64,000 bases of DNA from Podospora anserina (lineage: Eukaryota): positions 2,604,001-2,668,000 of the forward strand of contig CM030338.1 of assembly GCA_017654855.1 (NCBI GenBank), written 5' to 3'. Below, in pieces: positions 60,635-64,000 of this stretch. Within the stretch, counting starts at the first letter, position 1. Every line of letters starts with the position of its first letter. Under the pieces are notes generated by a model. It was not told where the DNA came from. It made no database searches and saw only the letters and a program-made list of their open reading frames with translations. Made by a program: the position numbers and the translations under genes.

Positions 60635-62056
60635 GATGGAGAAGAGGACCAGAGAGGTCCCCGGCTGTAATACTTCGTATATGATGTACCTGAAGGAGTT
60701 TCCGAGGGTAGGATGATGGTGAGCTGCCAGCCACGATCCGGGCGTTTTTTTATTATTACTATTTGTTTTCCTGGTTGGTGTTGGATTTGGCAGTCCCTCG
60801 CTATGGGTCATTTCCAGATCTGACTGCCGCAAGGCACATCATTTTGGGGGGGCGGGATACGATGTGATGACATTTCCTTACCAAAAGCATTTCGCCAGCC
60901 ACTTTTTTCCCCGGCAGGCATTTCACTCCCTCACCCTTACCAATCTCATCTTCATCGGTGGCCGCCAAACGACGGATCACGATCACCCCCATCAACAATT
61001 AGCACCACAACTATACGGGCTCGTGGGCAACAAAGCTCTTGGGGTCACACCCACACAGAGAGCACGCCCAGCCACCGAAATCGAATTCCCCTCCCCAGTG
61101 CGATACGTCACACCACTTAGTTCTCGAAATCAGTTCTCACAACCCCCTCCGCTTACAACGAAAAAAAAACCGATAAACACCAAAACTCTTTTCACCACGT
61201 CCACCCCATCTTATTTTCCGCCTTTACACCCCCCAACCGACGCTTGGACTTCAACATGCTCAATATAGCCGCGCGAACCGAATAGGTCTAGCCAATCTCA
61301 AAATTCACAGCTTTTTTTTTCCTTTTCCAGTCTTGTGTGTGGACGAGGCGATGGTTTTCTGCTTTGCCTGCGGTCACCATCACTAGCTAGCTCCGCCACC
61401 GCTCTAGAACCAAGATTACTCACTTGTCTCTACTGATCTCTGGAGGGATGTAGAGATGGGCATTTAGGTGTAGACTGGAGAAGATCAATATGAGCATTAC
61501 GATGACTTTGCCTTTGCTTCCAGGGTGATTTTTATGTGATGTACTGTACATAAAAGTGTCGATGTGAAGGTCTGGTTTGATAGGTTTGCTCCAGGGTTGT
61601 CTAAGCTCTCTTTTTTTAAAATCATCTAGGGTTATCCAGCCGTAACCCTCTCTTGGCATTTTTCTTTTCTGGGTTCCCCAGAGTTCTCGAATGCCGGAGC
61701 AGGGCCCCCGCCGCTGCCGGGTGGGCCAGGGGAAACGGTGCGGGAACAGGGGAAGCAGCACTGAGCAGTTCACTAGGATAGCTAAGTGACAGGGGTGATC
61801 TTTCTGATAAAGCCACCCTGTCCGGAACCTCTTTTTGGTGACACACCACCTTGATGAGCGCGGCGCGGTTTCCGTCTCATTGTGAACGCGATTTGGACAG
61901 ATTGCGCCAATTGATTTTTTTTCTTGACTAATTTTAGGAAGTGAGATTGGAAATAAATTCCAATTCACCTTTTGCGAACAGCAGCAGCTTGCGCAAAACT
62001 GACGAAAGCTATACACAGCGCGCAACCAACAAACGGACGGGTTACGAGAGACCAAG

Positions 62057-63467
62057 ATGGCTCGCACCAAAGCCGCGCCGATCAGGCGGGAGCCGTCGTC
62101 TGAGTACACCGCGGGGGAACTGAAACGGACGGCGAGTGGACGGGTTGTCGAAGAGGAGAATGGGACGGTGGCGGAAAAGGTGGAAAGGGAGATTGCAGAC
62201 GCCGTCGTGGTGGTGACGAAGCCGGGGAAGAAGGAGGCGGGCGTAGTGACGCTTGTTGTCTGCGTGGCGGGGATATATGCCTCCTTGTTTGTTTTCCTCT
62301 GTCCCCCTTTCCAAACAACAGCCGTGATTGCTAACGATGGACAGTCTAACCTGGGCCTACCTCCAAGAAAAACTCACAACGACCACCCACGGCCCGAACA
62401 AGGAAAGGTTCAAGTTCTCGGTTTTTCTCCTCACAATCCAGAGCCTGTTTGCCGGCTTGGGCGGGCTGCTCTTCACGTGGGTGAGCACACCCAAAGGGGA
62501 GAAGATGAAGAGTCCGGTCCCCAACAGGGGGATCTTGCCACCGTTGCTGCTTGTCGCGGTGACGAACGCGTTGGCCGCGCCGTTTGGGTACGCTGCTTTG
62601 GGGCACATCGACTACATCACGTTCATCCTGGCCAAGTCGTGCAAGTTGCTGCCGGTGATGGCGCTGCATGTGACGGTTTTTAGGAAGAGGTACCCGCTTT
62701 ATAAATACTTGGTTGTTGCGGCGGTCACGACGGGGGTGGCGGTTTTCACGCTGCATTCGGGGAGTAAGAAGCACAAGGCGGGAGGCGGAGGGAATTCGGG
62801 GCAGACGGGGTGGGGGATGTTGCTGTTGGGGATCAACTTGCTGTTTGACGGGTTGACGAACAGTACGCAGGATTACATCTTTGGGGCTGATAGGAGCTAT
62901 ACGGGGCCGCAGATGATGGCTGCGAATAATTTGCTGAGCGGGGCGCTGACAGGGGGGTATTTGGTGATGAGCCCGTGGTTGGTGAGGACGGGGGTGGGGA
63001 GGTGGTTTGGGATGGATGTTGCTGGGGGTGGGGGGGAGCTGGTGGCTGCGCTGGAGTTTTTGGGGAGGCACCCGCGTGTTTGGAGGGATGTGCTTGGGTT
63101 TGCGGTTTGTGGGTGTGTGGGGCAGGTTTTTATTTGTGAGTTGTTTTTATTTTGAAGGATCGTGGTTGATGTTGATGATGATGATGATGATGGTTGGATG
63201 GGTGGGTTGGCTAACAGGATGGGAATTTTTCTAGTCCATACGCTCTCGACTTTCTCGTCGGTGCTGCTCGTTACTGTCACGGTGACGAGGAAGATGTTCA
63301 CCATGATTCTGAGCGTGATTGCGTTTGGACATACGCTGTCCCAGATGCAGTGGTTGGGGGTTGGGCTGGTGTTTGGTGGGATTGGAGTTGAGGCGCAGAT
63401 TGCGAGGAAGGAGAAGTTGGCCAAGGAGGCTGCCAAGAAGGCGGCTAAGGCTGGGAAGAAGGAATAG
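62057..63467 (+). CDS. HUT1: UDP-galactose transporter homolog (UAA/SLC35B1 family)
   Basis: CVAGIYASF|LTWAYLQEKLTT, HIDYITFILAKSCKLLPVM, LLFDGLTNSTQD and VTVTRKMFTM. Exons 62057-62286, 62345-63135 and 63235-63467. Confidence 0.93.
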
Positions 63468-63528
63468 ATTTTTTTTTCTGGTGGGAAAGATAGATAGAAA
63501 GGGGGGAAACAGAGATACCGTACACTAT

Positions 63529-63564
<36 letters not shown>

Positions 63565-64000
63565 ATGTCATGGCATGGGGGAACTGTATATATGTGTTGC
63601 TGTGACATTGCTTGGGTGTTGGAGAGACAGAGGTTTTGTATGATATTTGAACATTGACCGCTTGAGAGCATTTGATAGGCTCCTAGTTTGCCCCTGTTTG
63701 ACCAGTCTTTGTACCCTCTCTATCAACCACCCTCCCTACTGGAGCAATATGCCTCTCGCCACTGCTCTTACAACCATCGAATCTTTGTGTGAAATAGCTT
63801 GTTCATATACTTCATCTACAAGCCAAACTTGCCATCCCTAACTGCTAGTCTACGCCACCAATTCCCCCATTGTACGTAAACCACACGACAACCTCTCTCC
63901 TTAAAACAGCAAACAAAACCCTCCCAATCCCATCCAGGTCAAAACTCCTTGTATAAAAAAAAAGAAAACCCACGCCCTGCGCTTAACAATTCAAAGCTAT

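Noticed and set aside
1..64000. Transposons, RIP-mutated repeats, CRISPR arrays, rRNA
   Set aside because: No transposase or RT motifs, LTR/TIR pairs, AT-rich RIP tracts, repeat-spacer arrays or rRNA signatures were seen. The 20-bp repeat has no spacers.

Overview
Eukaryotic DNA from a filamentous ascomycete. GT-AG introns with CTRAC branch points, the gene set and the composition suggest Sordariales, possibly Podospora-like (inference). There are about 15 protein-coding genes, most spliced, so the ORF track fragments or misses them. They are ARP8 (3' end runs off the window), a small Pro-rich protein, a Rua1-C/DUF4451 regulator, a PHD-finger protein, a UIM-bearing Tdp1-family phosphodiesterase, a divergent Gti1/Pac2 (WOPR) factor, cardiolipin synthase CRD1, MTO1, RIM1, a Ste3-type pheromone receptor (pre1), TPT1, a Pmp1/Msg5-like MAPK phosphatase, a disordered protein that may be Mto2/Spa18-like, a triple-KH Rnc1-like RNA-binding protein and HUT1. 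There is also one intron-containing tRNA-Ile(UAU). No transposon, rRNA or CRISPR was recognised. Best leads: two candidate structured RNAs (inside an 819-nt TDP1 intron and a ~295-nt nested fold between pre1 and TPT1); abrupt, repeated A+C-to-G+T skew switches, some inside coding sequence; pre1, pmp1 and rnc1 within 24 kb, with phosphosite and docking repeat arrays in the phosphatase; and two C-run frameshifts in TPT1 that are probably assembly errors. All gene models and base pairings were derived by eye.
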